Of a DNA stretch of 64,000 bases, positions 1 through 9,418 are shown in pieces (the first letter of the stretch is position 1; each line of letters starts with the position of its first letter). The position numbers and the translations under genes were made by a program. The DNA is from a virus, in the IMG/VR virus record IMGVR_UViG_3300030108_001677, positions 1 to 64,000 of that record, one strand, 5' to 3'. Under the pieces are notes generated by a model. That model did not search any database, was not told the origin of the DNA, and worked only from the letters and a program-made list of their open reading frames with translations.

Positions 1-3
1 CTT

Positions 4-1353
4 GTGGAATCCATGAGAGTCGGTGAATTACCACCAAAGCAAATCAAGCCATTCATGGGTCGTTTTAGCGGCAAGAGAGCCGGTATTGTTGATGAATGGG
101 ATATTCCTATGAAATACAAGGAATTGACCGTTGACAACATTCATGGTGAAACTGTCGGCACTGGTAATCACATGGTTATCAATGAAGCCTATGCAAATGA
201 ATCCAACAATTTTGTCGGTATGCAAATTGGTCGCACAAAGACCGATGTGTATGCTTTCGCTCAACACAGTCATGTGCTACCACACTTCATTGACTGGGCT
301 TCAAAGAACGGACTACCATTCCATGCTTATGCAACCAATTTCGGCTGTGACGCTATGGTTGACATTCACATCTGTGACCTTCAATCCAAAGAGCAAGCAA
401 TCGAATCAATGCGTGATGCTATCGCTAACAGCACAGGAATTTCAACCACTGGCTTTGAAGCATTTGACGATCTTCTCAACCCAGCCAACATGTCATTCGG
501 TGTCCAAATTCGACACTCCTTTGACGGTTCTCTAAGTGTTCGTGGTATCATGCAAAGACTGGTTTGTGCTAACGGTATGGTTGGCACCCGTGAAATCAAT
601 CTAATAGCCGCACAGCACAAGAAGGGTGTATGGGAAACTATCTCTTTCAGTGCTATTGCTGAAATGGTCATGACACTGGTTGGCGAATTGTTCTCCCAGT
701 ATGAGGCTGTTGAGTCCATGAATGAAATCAAATTGAACCCAACCGACCTTGAGGCTCTAATTGCATTACAGGTTGAAAGAGGTATCATGTCTTACCCATC
801 CATTGGACAGGATGCACAATTGACTGGTGGCCGCCAATACAGACTATTCACACAAGGCTGGGCTGACCCTAATCAATCATGGGTATCGGTCGGTGAACAA
901 CACGATGGCTCACAGGTCGGCACACTTTATCAAGCATACAATGACATCAACGGTATCATCAACCACCAGCCTTCACTTCGTGATGCTCACGGTAGTGTTG
1001 ATGGCGGCAAGGCAATTTCCTTCGCTAAGACTGAACAGGATCTAGCAAAGCAACACAGCCTATACATGGAGATTCAAGAGGATGCTATCAGTGCTTTCAC
1101 ACAGGCCACTGGTGCCGCACCAAAGGCTGGCGAATTACAGGCTTTCGTTGATGAGTATGGCATCCCTATGCTCAACAACATGGTCGCACAGGAACCACGC
1201 ACTGAAACAGTTAGCACAGACCGTGCTGGTAATGTAACTATCCGCCAGTGGAATGCTGGTGATATACTACCAACCATCATCAAGAATGTCGGTTCTAACA
1301 ATGAGGTATCACGCCCACTAACAGCACAATTCAACATGGCGGTGGTTGCCTAA
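4..1353 (+). CDS. DUF932/DUF945-like protein (may start before the window)
   Basis: Motif IRHSFDGSLSV...RLVCANGM resembles the DUF932 NSHDGS...RLVCxNG signature; frame is open to base 1. Confidence 0.7.
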   Translation: MESMRVGELPPKQIKPFMGRFSGKRAGIVDEWDIPMKYKELTVDNIHGETVGTGNHMVINEAYANESNNFVGMQIGRTKTDVYAFAQHSHVLPHFIDWASKNGLPFHAYATNFGCDAMVDIHICDLQSKEQAIESMRDAIANSTGISTTGFEAFDDLLNPANMSFGVQIRHSFDGSLSVRGIMQRLVCANGMVGTREINLIAAQHKKGVWETISFSAIAEMVMTLVGELFSQYEAVESMNEIKLNPTDLEALIALQVERGIMSYPSIGQDAQLTGGRQYRLFTQGWADPNQSWVSVGEQHDGSQVGTLYQAYNDINGIINHQPSLRDAHGSVDGGKAISFAKTEQDLAKQHSLYMEIQEDAISAFTQATGAAPKAGELQAFVDEYGIPMLNNMVAQEPRTETVSTDRAGNVTIRQWNAGDILPTIIKNVGSNNEVSRPLTAQFNMAVVA

Positions 1354-1437
1354 GCGGGATATTCATTTGTTCCCTCACCGGTATGACGGCCAGCGTAAAT
1401 GCTTGCTTGACTGGTGATTGGGCACAAATGACCCAGC
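1354..1437 (+). other. Long imperfect intergenic stem-loop
   Basis: TCATTTGT(1363-70) pairs with ACAAATGA(1424-31); TCACCGGT pairs with ACTGGTGA (one G-U); inner AGCG-TAAA-TGCT. Confidence 0.6.
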
Positions 1438-1455
1438 AAATTTGGAGAGATTATC

Positions 1456-1977
1456 ATGAGCGCATTGAACCCCCCACAAAGACCGCATGTGAAGGTATGT
1501 TTCCGCACATTCGTCAAGGCACCAGCCATTACTGGTGTGCTTGCTGAAATGGCTGGAATAAACACCCCTAACAGGCAAGTATTTGCTATCCTCCCATACA
1601 CACCCCTTGAGGCCGGTTTGAAGGCCAGCAACCATGTTGCTTGCATCGGAATCGGTGGCGAGAGATTCATTGGAGATTACACCACACTGATTGCTGAAAC
1701 AAGACCCTCTATGCCACAGGAATTGAAGCCATTGATGAATGAAATGACTCACTTCGGTGGCTGGGATGTCGAGCCGATCATGGCGACACAAATCAATCAC
1801 CAGTTACGCAAGATGGAGTCGGTAGTTAGCGATGCTCAAGAAGCCAGTGATTCACCACAGGACACCGAGATTGAGATTGTCAAAGAGGACATATCCATTG
1901 AGGTTGATGTAGTGAACATTGATGTTGATTCTAATGCTGGATTCGGTAGTAGTGCATTCACGGAGGAATGGGCATGA
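1456..1977 (+). CDS. Hypothetical protein with acidic C-terminus
   Basis: GGAG SD upstream; ATGA coupling to next ORF. Confidence 0.75.
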   Translation: MSALNPPQRPHVKVCFRTFVKAPAITGVLAEMAGINTPNRQVFAILPYTPLEAGLKASNHVACIGIGGERFIGDYTTLIAETRPSMPQELKPLMNEMTHFGGWDVEPIMATQINHQLRKMESVVSDAQEASDSPQDTEIEIVKEDISIEVDVVNIDVDSNAGFGSSAFTEEWA

Positions 1978-2303
1978 CCTGTGAATGCTGTGATTACGAA
2001 GAAGTCAATGTTGGCTATTACCAGTGTGTCAATGATGAATGCGACCCAGTGGGTGCTGTTGTCATTGATGTATTTGATTACGGTGAGATTGTATTCCCCG
2101 AAGGTATTTCATTCGACCAGCGTGCTAAGATGTTGCCACCACCCCGTGCTGGCTATGTCATGTTCGCTGATTCAGCACCGGACATCAATGTGCCGCATTT
2201 GCTCGCACAGGGAATTTCACCGGAGAAGATCTGTATCACAACAATGGGTGAGGCTGATGCTGTTTGGCACTTTGTCGCAAACGATGGAGAGGATTCACAA
2301 TGA
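1974..2303 (+). CDS. Hypothetical protein with Cys-rich N-terminus
   Basis: GGAGG SD; ATGA overlap at both ends; CECC...CVNDEC. Confidence 0.7.
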   Translation: MTCECCDYEEVNVGYYQCVNDECDPVGAVVIDVFDYGEIVFPEGISFDQRAKMLPPPRAGYVMFADSAPDINVPHLLAQGISPEKICITTMGEADAVWHFVANDGEDSQ

Positions 2304-2476
2304 CACAAATCACCATCAAGCACAGTAACTTAGCCAATCATCCGAATTATGATGTTGAGGTTGCACGATGTGGTGCCAAGCACGGCGTGTCCGTGCGCCA
2401 ATGGGGCGACCCATCAAGGAACATTTGGTTCTGTCAAAATTGCGGCCACAGGGTTGATGTGGAGGTTAGACAATGA
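2300..2476 (+). CDS. Small Zn-ribbon-like protein
   Basis: ATGA-coupled; CGAKH...CQNCG. Confidence 0.65.
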   Translation: MTQITIKHSNLANHPNYDVEVARCGAKHGVSVRQWGDPSRNIWFCQNCGHRVDVEVRQ

Positions 2477-2907
2477 GAGAAATTTACACAGTCCAAGACG
2501 GCTGGGGTATTCAGTGCTTTAGCACATGGCTTGCGCTTCGTAAGTATCTATTTGTGCTTCGTGGTCGCTTCGCTAATCAACCGGACACTGGCTATCGAAA
2601 CGGCCTGTTCTTTGACACAGACAACCCGACAACCAATGGGGCATACGAACACGGCACACCGGCTACGGCTCGCCGTGTCAAACAGGTTCTTGATGCTGGG
2701 TTCCAATGCACGCTGGTTGACGGTGCGGATAGTGAGTATTTGACATACTCGATCTCAACCCCACATCCACATCACATCGTCATTACACAAGTGCCGTTAT
2801 ACACAGCGAATGACATGGAGGCTCATTGGCACCATCTTCAACAGAATATACTGGACAATTCACCACAAACTGTGGAGGAATGGAAAAACACATTGGAGGA
2901 TTCTTGA
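2473..2907 (+). CDS. Hypothetical protein
   Basis: GGAGG SD; ATGA overlap. Confidence 0.7.
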   Translation: MREIYTVQDGWGIQCFSTWLALRKYLFVLRGRFANQPDTGYRNGLFFDTDNPTTNGAYEHGTPATARRVKQVLDAGFQCTLVDGADSEYLTYSISTPHPHHIVITQVPLYTANDMEAHWHHLQQNILDNSPQTVEEWKNTLEDS

Positions 2908-3191
2908 TGTCGGGATTTGTTGAACAGCAATTCGATGCACCACCTAAAGGAAAAGGTCGCCACCGAAAGGTGCGAACCCTTTGGAGGACAGTGAAGCAAA
3001 CCACAGGCTCACCACCCACGCTTATTCACTACATGCCAGCAAGACGCTGGTATGAGATCGATGGCGAGCGTGTTTTCACCGAGCGAGCGACATGGGTGAT
3101 TCATCACAAAACAGGGAGATTCATTTACACTGGCACTTCACCGGAGATTGTTCAACAAATTCACACAGACGGGCTTACAGGAGAGGCTTAG
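2907..3191 (+). CDS. Hypothetical protein
   Basis: TGATG coupling; GGAGG SD. Confidence 0.65.
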   Translation: MSGFVEQQFDAPPKGKGRHRKVRTLWRTVKQTTGSPPTLIHYMPARRWYEIDGERVFTERATWVIHHKTGRFIYTGTSPEIVQQIHTDGLTGEA

Positions 3192-3192
3192 A

Positions 3193-3384
3193 ATGAGAAT
3201 GAATGAGCGATTACACGCTTTGAGAAGGTTTCTTATCTTTGAGGGTCTTTCGTGGCTTGATAGGTGGGGTAATGACGCTGTATTGTATGTCAATGACACC
3301 TTCAACAATGAAGGTTACAGTTACACACTGGATGAGATCGAGTATGTCAAAAACTGGATTGTAAAGAGGACAGGAGGTTACTAA
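3193..3384 (+). CDS. Hypothetical protein
   Basis: Fills the gap between neighbours; GAGG SD. Confidence 0.6.
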   Translation: MRMNERLHALRRFLIFEGLSWLDRWGNDAVLYVNDTFNNEGYSYTLDEIEYVKNWIVKRTGGY

Positions 3385-3386
3385 AC

Positions 3387-4769
3387 ATGACCGCCCAAAA
3401 CCGCATAACAGCGAGCCAGTTTCACCAGCACATTGATATACGCCCGACCCCTATTATAGAGCGAGGGAACCCCAATATGACGATTGACGGAGAAAGAAAC
3501 GAATGGTATTACAATGAGAAATACTCATTGATTAATCCAACGAATAAGGATGTGAGAATAAACATCATGGATGTGGCAAAGCACCTGTGCTTGAACACAA
3601 ACTGGGAGGCATTAGCCCAAGAAGCATACGAGTATGCTATTCGTGAAGGTGAGCGACCAACCAAGTTAAGCAAGAGCAACAGTATCAGCAAACACATGCG
3701 TGCTTTGTGGCAAAAGACTGACAAAATGAAGGGCAAGTATCGTGGTGTAAGAGGCACTATTCGCATGTCTTTGAGGAAACGAAGAAGTGGCGCACGGGCT
3801 TCGCCAATCTATGGCATTACCATGTCTGTCACTGACAAACCACACAACACATACCGATCTATCTATGTGCTATTCCATGAGATTATCCACTGTTCACAAT
3901 TGTATGGCTACGACTGTCACAGGGATAGTAAAAGACGGCCACACGACATCATGTTCAACCGCATGATGCTCAAACTGATGCAACCATACTTCAACCTAAC
4001 AGACGACCAATGTAATGTGTTCAAGCAAGGCTACAAGCGAGGTAATGGATATGCGCCCAGCCGTAAGATTGAGCGTGTTGTTGAGCATAAGTTTCAACAT
4101 GGTATGCCACGCAACCATGCCATCACAAAATTCTTCCATCTTTGGACACGAAAAGCCCAGCCTAAAGTGCGTGGGAGGAAATCAAAAGACCCCCAGCGCA
4201 CACATGCTATGAGGTATTTGACTGACATCACCAACCGCATGAATGACACACACGGTGATGATTGGTGCGAGGAACATGACGACTTCATCAAGTGCCGTGA
4301 ATACTACGACAGCAAGTTTCCTGTTGACCAACCATACATGAATTGTTTTCGTGGTATTACAGAACACATCGTGAAGAAACTCAAGGCCATGCCGGTGATG
4401 CACCTTAGCAAATTAGCAAAGCCCGAACAGGATGCGTGGTGGGCTATCATGTATGACTGTAAGTATGAATGGGATCCGTGGTCTAATCGAGAAACCAGTG
4501 ATGCACGCTACAACGGACTGGTGAAATTGGAGGAATACTTATCCCGTGATTTGACACAAGACTCCCAGCAAGTAAAACCATTCAGTGGGCACATACCACA
4601 GCCACAGGAACCACAGCCAGTGGTTGCCTATACATCGTGGTTCGATGCCCCAATAGAGGCGATTGTAGCGGCCATTAGACAGGCTCAACCATCAGTAGTG
4701 CTGACAGGACATGAATCAAGATTGGCTCTCATACGAGTCTGTGATAGATACAGGATTGAGTTATCATGA
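3387..4769 (+). CDS. SprT-like zinc metalloprotease domain protein
   Basis: VLFHEIIH (HExxH) followed by RPHDIMF (third His, H-x3-F) as in SprT/Wss1-type domains. Confidence 0.7.
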   Translation: MTAQNRITASQFHQHIDIRPTPIIERGNPNMTIDGERNEWYYNEKYSLINPTNKDVRINIMDVAKHLCLNTNWEALAQEAYEYAIREGERPTKLSKSNSISKHMRALWQKTDKMKGKYRGVRGTIRMSLRKRRSGARASPIYGITMSVTDKPHNTYRSIYVLFHEIIHCSQLYGYDCHRDSKRRPHDIMFNRMMLKLMQPYFNLTDDQCNVFKQGYKRGNGYAPSRKIERVVEHKFQHGMPRNHAITKFFHLWTRKAQPKVRGRKSKDPQRTHAMRYLTDITNRMNDTHGDDWCEEHDDFIKCREYYDSKFPVDQPYMNCFRGITEHIVKKLKAMPVMHLSKLAKPEQDAWWAIMYDCKYEWDPWSNRETSDARYNGLVKLEEYLSRDLTQDSQQVKPFSGHIPQPQEPQPVVAYTSWFDAPIEAIVAAIRQAQPSVVLTGHESRLALIRVCDRYRIELS

Positions 4770-5365
4770 ATCTATTTTTCCTCCATCGTTTAGCGTGGCT
4801 TGCTGGCATTATGCACTGCGACAAACATGTGCCTAAGATGATTGTTGAAACATGTCAAATGCTATCAACGGCTCTCATGAAGCACACGGGGCTGGGAGAG
4901 TTAATGCCGATGCGTGTTGACGGTAAGACCCCCTATTCGGGCAATAGTTATCCACACCATCCCAGCACTAAGTGGGTGGGCTTGACAAGAGCAAACTACC
5001 AGTGGGCTGTCGATCTGGGAATGTCATTACTCAATGAATACGAAAAGAGATTCGGCAAGACTCATGGTTGCACTAATGCTCTCCATCATTTCGCACAAAA
5101 CGCTGACTGGATTCCGGACTTGACTGATGGAGTAATTACACCTATGGCACTGGCTATGGCTACCCAGTATGACTACATCATCGAGGAACACCAGCACACC
5201 GACCGTGTGCAAGCATACCGTGACTTCTATGTTGCTGATAAGATACGATTTGCTAAGTGGGAAAAAGGCACACCAGCCCCACGCTGGTGGAAAGAAGCCC
5301 TTGCTATACCACAGCCCACTGAACCCAGCACACCGTTGGTTAAATACCCCGAACCCACTGGGTGA
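4766..5365 (+). CDS. Pyrimidine dimer DNA glycosylase (T4 endonuclease V-like family)
   Basis: MNLFFL...HCDKHVPKMIVETCQMLST...HHPSTKWV...NYQW family pattern. Confidence 0.8.
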   Translation: MNLFFLHRLAWLAGIMHCDKHVPKMIVETCQMLSTALMKHTGLGELMPMRVDGKTPYSGNSYPHHPSTKWVGLTRANYQWAVDLGMSLLNEYEKRFGKTHGCTNALHHFAQNADWIPDLTDGVITPMALAMATQYDYIIEEHQHTDRVQAYRDFYVADKIRFAKWEKGTPAPRWWKEALAIPQPTEPSTPLVKYPEPTG

Positions 5366-5369
5366 TGAT

Positions 5370-5951
5370 ATGGCGAAGAAGAACAATATTCCGAAAGCAC
5401 ACCGAAAACCACCTAAGCCAAAGGCGGTAAAGAAGCGCAAGAAAAGCCGCTTCGTTGACTTAGAACAGATCCGAAGATGGTTCATTACCAACCACTACGA
5501 TGTGGAAACACCCGAATCATTTGTTGTGAGCGAGGTTTTCTCTTGCTACAAACACCCCAAAGGTAAGCACAAACCACTGGCGACTTCAATCAAGCAAGCA
5601 ATCCGTAGGGAATGGAAACGCTGGGAAACACATCCACAATATGTTTCGCCAACGCCAACGGATAACCCTAATTTATTCCACATGAATTATCCTAACGGTA
5701 AGGATGTGTATGACAATCACATGAAGAAAACTAATCCCAACAATGCGCTGGGTAATGTTGATGCTTTAGCACGAAAGATACAGCGAGATCTGACAAAGAC
5801 AGAACAGCAAATCCAGCGACTAAAGAAGGAATTGCTTGAGGCTCAAAATAAACAATTGCGACTACAACAAAAACAGTGCATACTCAACAATTTCCTTCAA
5901 CACGATATGACCGTTGAAGTAATTTCTCTTGTGGAAAAAGACCTGCAATAA
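5370..5951 (+). CDS. Hypothetical protein: basic N-terminus, C-terminal coiled coil
   Basis: GGTGA SD; Lys-rich start; Gln/Leu heptads. Confidence 0.7.
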   Translation: MAKKNNIPKAHRKPPKPKAVKKRKKSRFVDLEQIRRWFITNHYDVETPESFVVSEVFSCYKHPKGKHKPLATSIKQAIRREWKRWETHPQYVSPTPTDNPNLFHMNYPNGKDVYDNHMKKTNPNNALGNVDALARKIQRDLTKTEQQIQRLKKELLEAQNKQLRLQQKQCILNNFLQHDMTVEVISLVEKDLQ

Positions 5952-5957
5952 GGTGGG

Positions 5958-6308
5958 TTGTTCGTGACAAAGCGCAAACCACTTGATGTCTATGAATCCG
6001 ATTTTATGGCGGCTGAAAGACATTACAGGAAAAAGAAAGGTGACTGGGAATCAGTCATACAAGAATTACATGCCGATAGAGGAATGCTTCTCGGTTCAAC
6101 ACAATACACCGACTTCACTGGGGTTGAGCGTTGTGAATCTCTATCTAAGATCGACACGGCTATCAAAGACGCACACGAACACATAGCGTGGTTGCGTGTG
6201 CTTCGTGATAAAGCGGTGAAGATACCCTTTCCATACAAAAATAGAGCGAGGCGTGTTAGGAGGAAAGTGTCGGCACTTAGTGACGAAGCACTGGGGGTGT
6301 CCGAATGA
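5958..6308 (+). CDS. Hypothetical protein
   Basis: Operon-like packing; ATGA overlap downstream; start uncertain. Confidence 0.6.
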   Translation: MFVTKRKPLDVYESDFMAAERHYRKKKGDWESVIQELHADRGMLLGSTQYTDFTGVERCESLSKIDTAIKDAHEHIAWLRVLRDKAVKIPFPYKNRARRVRRKVSALSDEALGVSE

Positions 6309-6577
6309 TATTGTGGACTGACCCCGAAGATGAACAGCGAGTTTGTTACATCAGTATCAGTGAGGCTGACCGTGCTGGTTGGCACGAAGCACTGGTCAAA
6401 TTCCCCGATAAGGAGGATTTGAAATTGGCTACGAGCATACTCAAAGAGCAAGGATATACTCGACCTAACGACAGGTGGGGTCGCCAATCGTGGCATAAAG
6501 AGGAATCCACATACATGAGGAAAACAGAAACCTATTGGACTATCAAGATGCGTAAAGGTGGTGAGAATGATGAGTGA
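6305..6577 (+). CDS. Hypothetical protein
   Basis: ATGA coupling; GGGGTG SD. Confidence 0.65.
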   Translation: MILWTDPEDEQRVCYISISEADRAGWHEALVKFPDKEDLKLATSILKEQGYTRPNDRWGRQSWHKEESTYMRKTETYWTIKMRKGGENDE

Positions 6578-6734
6578 AATAACTGATGTGGATTGCCCCG
6601 ATTGTGGGAGTCCTATGTATCGCTGGACTGATGGAGATCACCCAATCAAGGGAATGACACCAAGACTCAAATGCACACAATGTGGCCGTTGGATTTACCA
6701 CACGCATCGTGATTTATCGGCGGTGGAAAAATGA
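6567..6734 (+). CDS. Small Zn-ribbon protein (55 aa, not in ORF track)
   Basis: Hand-translated MMSEITDVDCPDCGSPMYRW...KCTQCGRWIY...EK*; GGTG SD; ATGA overlap with 6731. Confidence 0.75.
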   Translation: MMSEITDVDCPDCGSPMYRWTDGDHPIKGMTPRLKCTQCGRWIYHTHRDLSAVEK

Positions 6735-7399
6735 CAACAGAAGTGGATATTGGTGCTTTGCCACAGCCCAGTGAAGATGATTTTATTTGGGCGCACCGGC
6801 TATGGAATACCTTAGTCGTTAGTGACGAAACACAGGGTGTTTTGGGTGGCGTTTGGGATATGCCCAATGTTGGGCGTTACAGGAGAACGGGCGTTGCTGA
6901 ATTGACACTGATAGAGATTCATGGAAACATGGCGGCTGATAGGTTTGGCATCACGCTGTGGCATAAGCACGATTGGATTAGATTACTCGCTGACAGGATT
7001 GGGTGGTTTGTGCATAGCGACAAGGTGGAGAAGGCTGACTTCAATGAAGAAGCACAAGATCATGACGAACCAGCATTAGAGGACATAGGGCGAGTATTTG
7101 CTTGCGGTTGTGGTATGGTCTATACTTTACTGGATAATACAGCACAGGAAACGAGGCTCAAGGTGCCCGATGATGGACTGTGTTTGAATCCTAATTGCGA
7201 CTTAGTTATACCAGCACCGCACGCTGGTGTGTTAAATGCTGTAAATGACACAGCCGTGATTGCTAAAATGCAAGCGCAAGAATATATTGAATTGGCTATT
7301 GATGAAGATGAATACCCAGCCCCACCATTGGACACAAACGATGGGGATTTAGAGGCACTAATTGGCGAGCCGTTCACCGTTTTGAGCGAAGAAGAATAA
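6731..7399 (+). CDS. Hypothetical protein, possible Zn site
   Basis: CGC...CLNPNC; acidic tail. Confidence 0.75.
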   Translation: MTTEVDIGALPQPSEDDFIWAHRLWNTLVVSDETQGVLGGVWDMPNVGRYRRTGVAELTLIEIHGNMAADRFGITLWHKHDWIRLLADRIGWFVHSDKVEKADFNEEAQDHDEPALEDIGRVFACGCGMVYTLLDNTAQETRLKVPDDGLCLNPNCDLVIPAPHAGVLNAVNDTAVIAKMQAQEYIELAIDEDEYPAPPLDTNDGDLEALIGEPFTVLSEEE

Positions 7400-7407
7400 A
7401 CGGTATG

Positions 7408-7415
7408 TTAATATA
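7408..7415 (+). promoter_or_regulatory. Archaeal TATA-like box (probably leaderless transcript)
   Basis: TTAATATA in an intergenic gap, about 23 nt before ATG 7438. Confidence 0.5.
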
Positions 7416-7437
7416 GGCTACCCTGTGTGGATAGACC

Positions 7438-7611
7438 ATGACAGGAGAGAACCCCCCGATTACAGGATTACAATGCGTTGGCTGTGGCCGACCTATGAAA
7501 GCAAACCCAACCCGTGCTGATATTGCGATGCAGGGTGAGAATGACAGTGAAAGATGCACCACTTGTATTGAAGTGGGCGATCTTTTCATGATACTGGGGG
7601 GAGAGGCATGA
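7438..7611 (+). CDS. Small CxxC-CxxC protein (57 aa, not in ORF track)
   Basis: Hand-translated MTGENPPITGLQCVGCGRP...RCTTCIE...GEA*; ATGA overlap with 7608. Confidence 0.7.
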   Translation: MTGENPPITGLQCVGCGRPMKANPTRADIAMQGENDSERCTTCIEVGDLFMILGGEA

Positions 7612-8399
7612 GTAAGAAAAGATTTACAGAATTTGTTGAAGGATTAAACGATGAGCAAATAGAGTCATTGACTGGCGTTGGGGCAACCTTGCGTGATTTT
7701 GGCACATGTCTTGAGGCTGAATGGCTGAAAAGGAACGGTAAATTACTTGACGCTGATGAGCGCAAAGAGAATGATGGCCGACCCAATGCTGTCGCTAACC
7801 CAGTGGTTGATGTCGAAATACCAAATGTAATGTTCGTTACCCTTCAACCATGTGACGAGAACAATAAGACGAGGGGGCATGGCTATGCTAACGATGTCGG
7901 ATTGTCGGATAAAGTCAAGACTGGTAATGTTCCGCCCACATTGGTAGCCGAGATCTTGCTTGACAAGATGATTGGTATGCTAAACGGTAAGGTTGCTGAC
8001 AAAGCACTTACCGAAGTCAAAGAAGCATTGAAGTCGGGTATGACCGTTGACAATGGTAAATTCAAATTCAACAAAGATGCGGCACCGCCACTAAAGCACG
8101 CTGTTGAAGTGGCCGAATGGATGGCTGAATTAAAGACATCATTCGTGGGCACTACCAACGGTGCTACACACACCAGCATGGCTGTTGTGCCTATTCCTAT
8201 GGATTACTCCACTCCACCAGTAGCACAAACCGACACGGCAGACATCCCATCCCCTGCTGATGTGCTATTGCCGATTCCGGCCAACGGGGGTTCGGCTGAT
8301 GTTTCGGCACAAACAGTGGAGGCAAGCCCCGATGTGGTCGCATCGGGCAATCCGCCTTCTTTTATTGATGTATTTGGACAAATGGAGGGGGTCGAATGA
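7608..8399 (+). CDS. Hypothetical protein
   Basis: 263-aa ORF, coupled at both ends. Confidence 0.8.
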   Translation: MSKKRFTEFVEGLNDEQIESLTGVGATLRDFGTCLEAEWLKRNGKLLDADERKENDGRPNAVANPVVDVEIPNVMFVTLQPCDENNKTRGHGYANDVGLSDKVKTGNVPPTLVAEILLDKMIGMLNGKVADKALTEVKEALKSGMTVDNGKFKFNKDAAPPLKHAVEVAEWMAELKTSFVGTTNGATHTSMAVVPIPMDYSTPPVAQTDTADIPSPADVLLPIPANGGSADVSAQTVEASPDVVASGNPPSFIDVFGQMEGVE

Positions 8400-8707
8400 A
8401 CCTTCAAGAAGTAATTGCTAAACTACAATTTATACACGATGATGAGGAAATAATGTCTTACATTCACGAAAAAGAAAAGGCGCATGAAGATTTCAATGGT
8501 GAAAAACTGGCGTGGAATAAGAATGATGATGATGATGATTCTTTCAGTGTTGGTTGGACTGTTCAAGAGGTTCTTGACGCACAAAACGAAGCATATAGGC
8601 AATTAGGATTATATGAGTCCACAGGAGAAACCTTAGACAGATCTGACTTTAGCGATGAAGAATGGTGCGACTGGATTGAAGAAATACTAACGGAGGGTCG
8701 CTCATGA
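8396..8707 (+). CDS. Highly acidic small protein
   Basis: About 29 D/E versus 8 K/R in 103 aa. Confidence 0.75.
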   Translation: MNLQEVIAKLQFIHDDEEIMSYIHEKEKAHEDFNGEKLAWNKNDDDDDSFSVGWTVQEVLDAQNEAYRQLGLYESTGETLDRSDFSDEEWCDWIEEILTEGRS

Positions 8708-9114
8708 GTGATTCACCACAAGAAACCAACATTTACTATGCCCGCATTAAGATGCTTCAAAAGCGTATCAATTCGTTAGAAGGTGAGAATGAGCGTATGG
8801 TAAAATGGATGGAGTTAATAGACAAAAGACTCGCTGGGCTTGAAGTCACTACCCACGAAGAACAAATAGAGCGTAAATTAAACACGGCTGTTTGTGATAA
8901 GGTGGGGAAAGACATTGAAGATGCCATAGATGAAGCATTTTCCAGTGATGATAGAATATCTCAAGCAATTGATGTCCATGCTATTATGGTTGAAGCCGCC
9001 AAAGCGGTTGAGGAATTGCATGATAAATTGACGGAAAAATATCCCACTATGTATTTCGGCCAAGATCAGTTAGTCCGAAGGATGAATAAATGGAGGCGAG
9101 ATAGTGTCCGATAA
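8704..9114 (+). CDS. Hypothetical coiled-coil protein
   Basis: GGAGG SD; ATGA overlap. Confidence 0.75.
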   Translation: MSDSPQETNIYYARIKMLQKRINSLEGENERMVKWMELIDKRLAGLEVTTHEEQIERKLNTAVCDKVGKDIEDAIDEAFSSDDRISQAIDVHAIMVEAAKAVEELHDKLTEKYPTMYFGQDQLVRRMNKWRRDSVR

Positions 9115-9418
9115 TCGTTACAATCAAGCCTTGCATGGTAAGATTGAAACATCTTTCAGTGCTGGTGAAGAAGTCCATGTCTTGACACAAGATGCCCACG
9201 ATAGCCGCATAATGAACATTAGAGTCTATCGTGTTGCACCAAACAGGACAGGCCATGTCGGTTACACAAAGAAGGGATTTTATCTTACAGAAGATGAAGC
9301 ACTGGAATTGCGTGACATGCTCAATAAATTACTAAGCGAGGAAAACATGTCCGAATTGTTTGATAAGACGGACAAAAAGATGAAGCCAGTATCTAACAAA
9401 TTGGAGGCCAAAGAATGA
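9104..9418 (+). CDS. PC4/YdbC-like ssDNA-binding protein
   Basis: MNIRVY...YTKKGFYLT-EDEALELRD matches the PC4-fold IDIR...TKKGI.L pattern. Confidence 0.7.
   Translation: MSDNRYNQALHGKIETSFSAGEEVHVLTQDAHDSRIMNIRVYRVAPNRTGHVGYTKKGFYLTEDEALELRDMLNKLLSEENMSELFDKTDKKMKPVSNKLEAKE

Noticed and set aside
8525-8539. (GAT)n microsatellite
   Set aside because: Simply encodes an Asp run
1846-8727. Shared 14-mer AGTGATTCACCACA at ~1846 and ~8707 (SDSPQ)
   Set aside because: A single short match inside coding sequence; a few such matches are expected by chance in 64 kb
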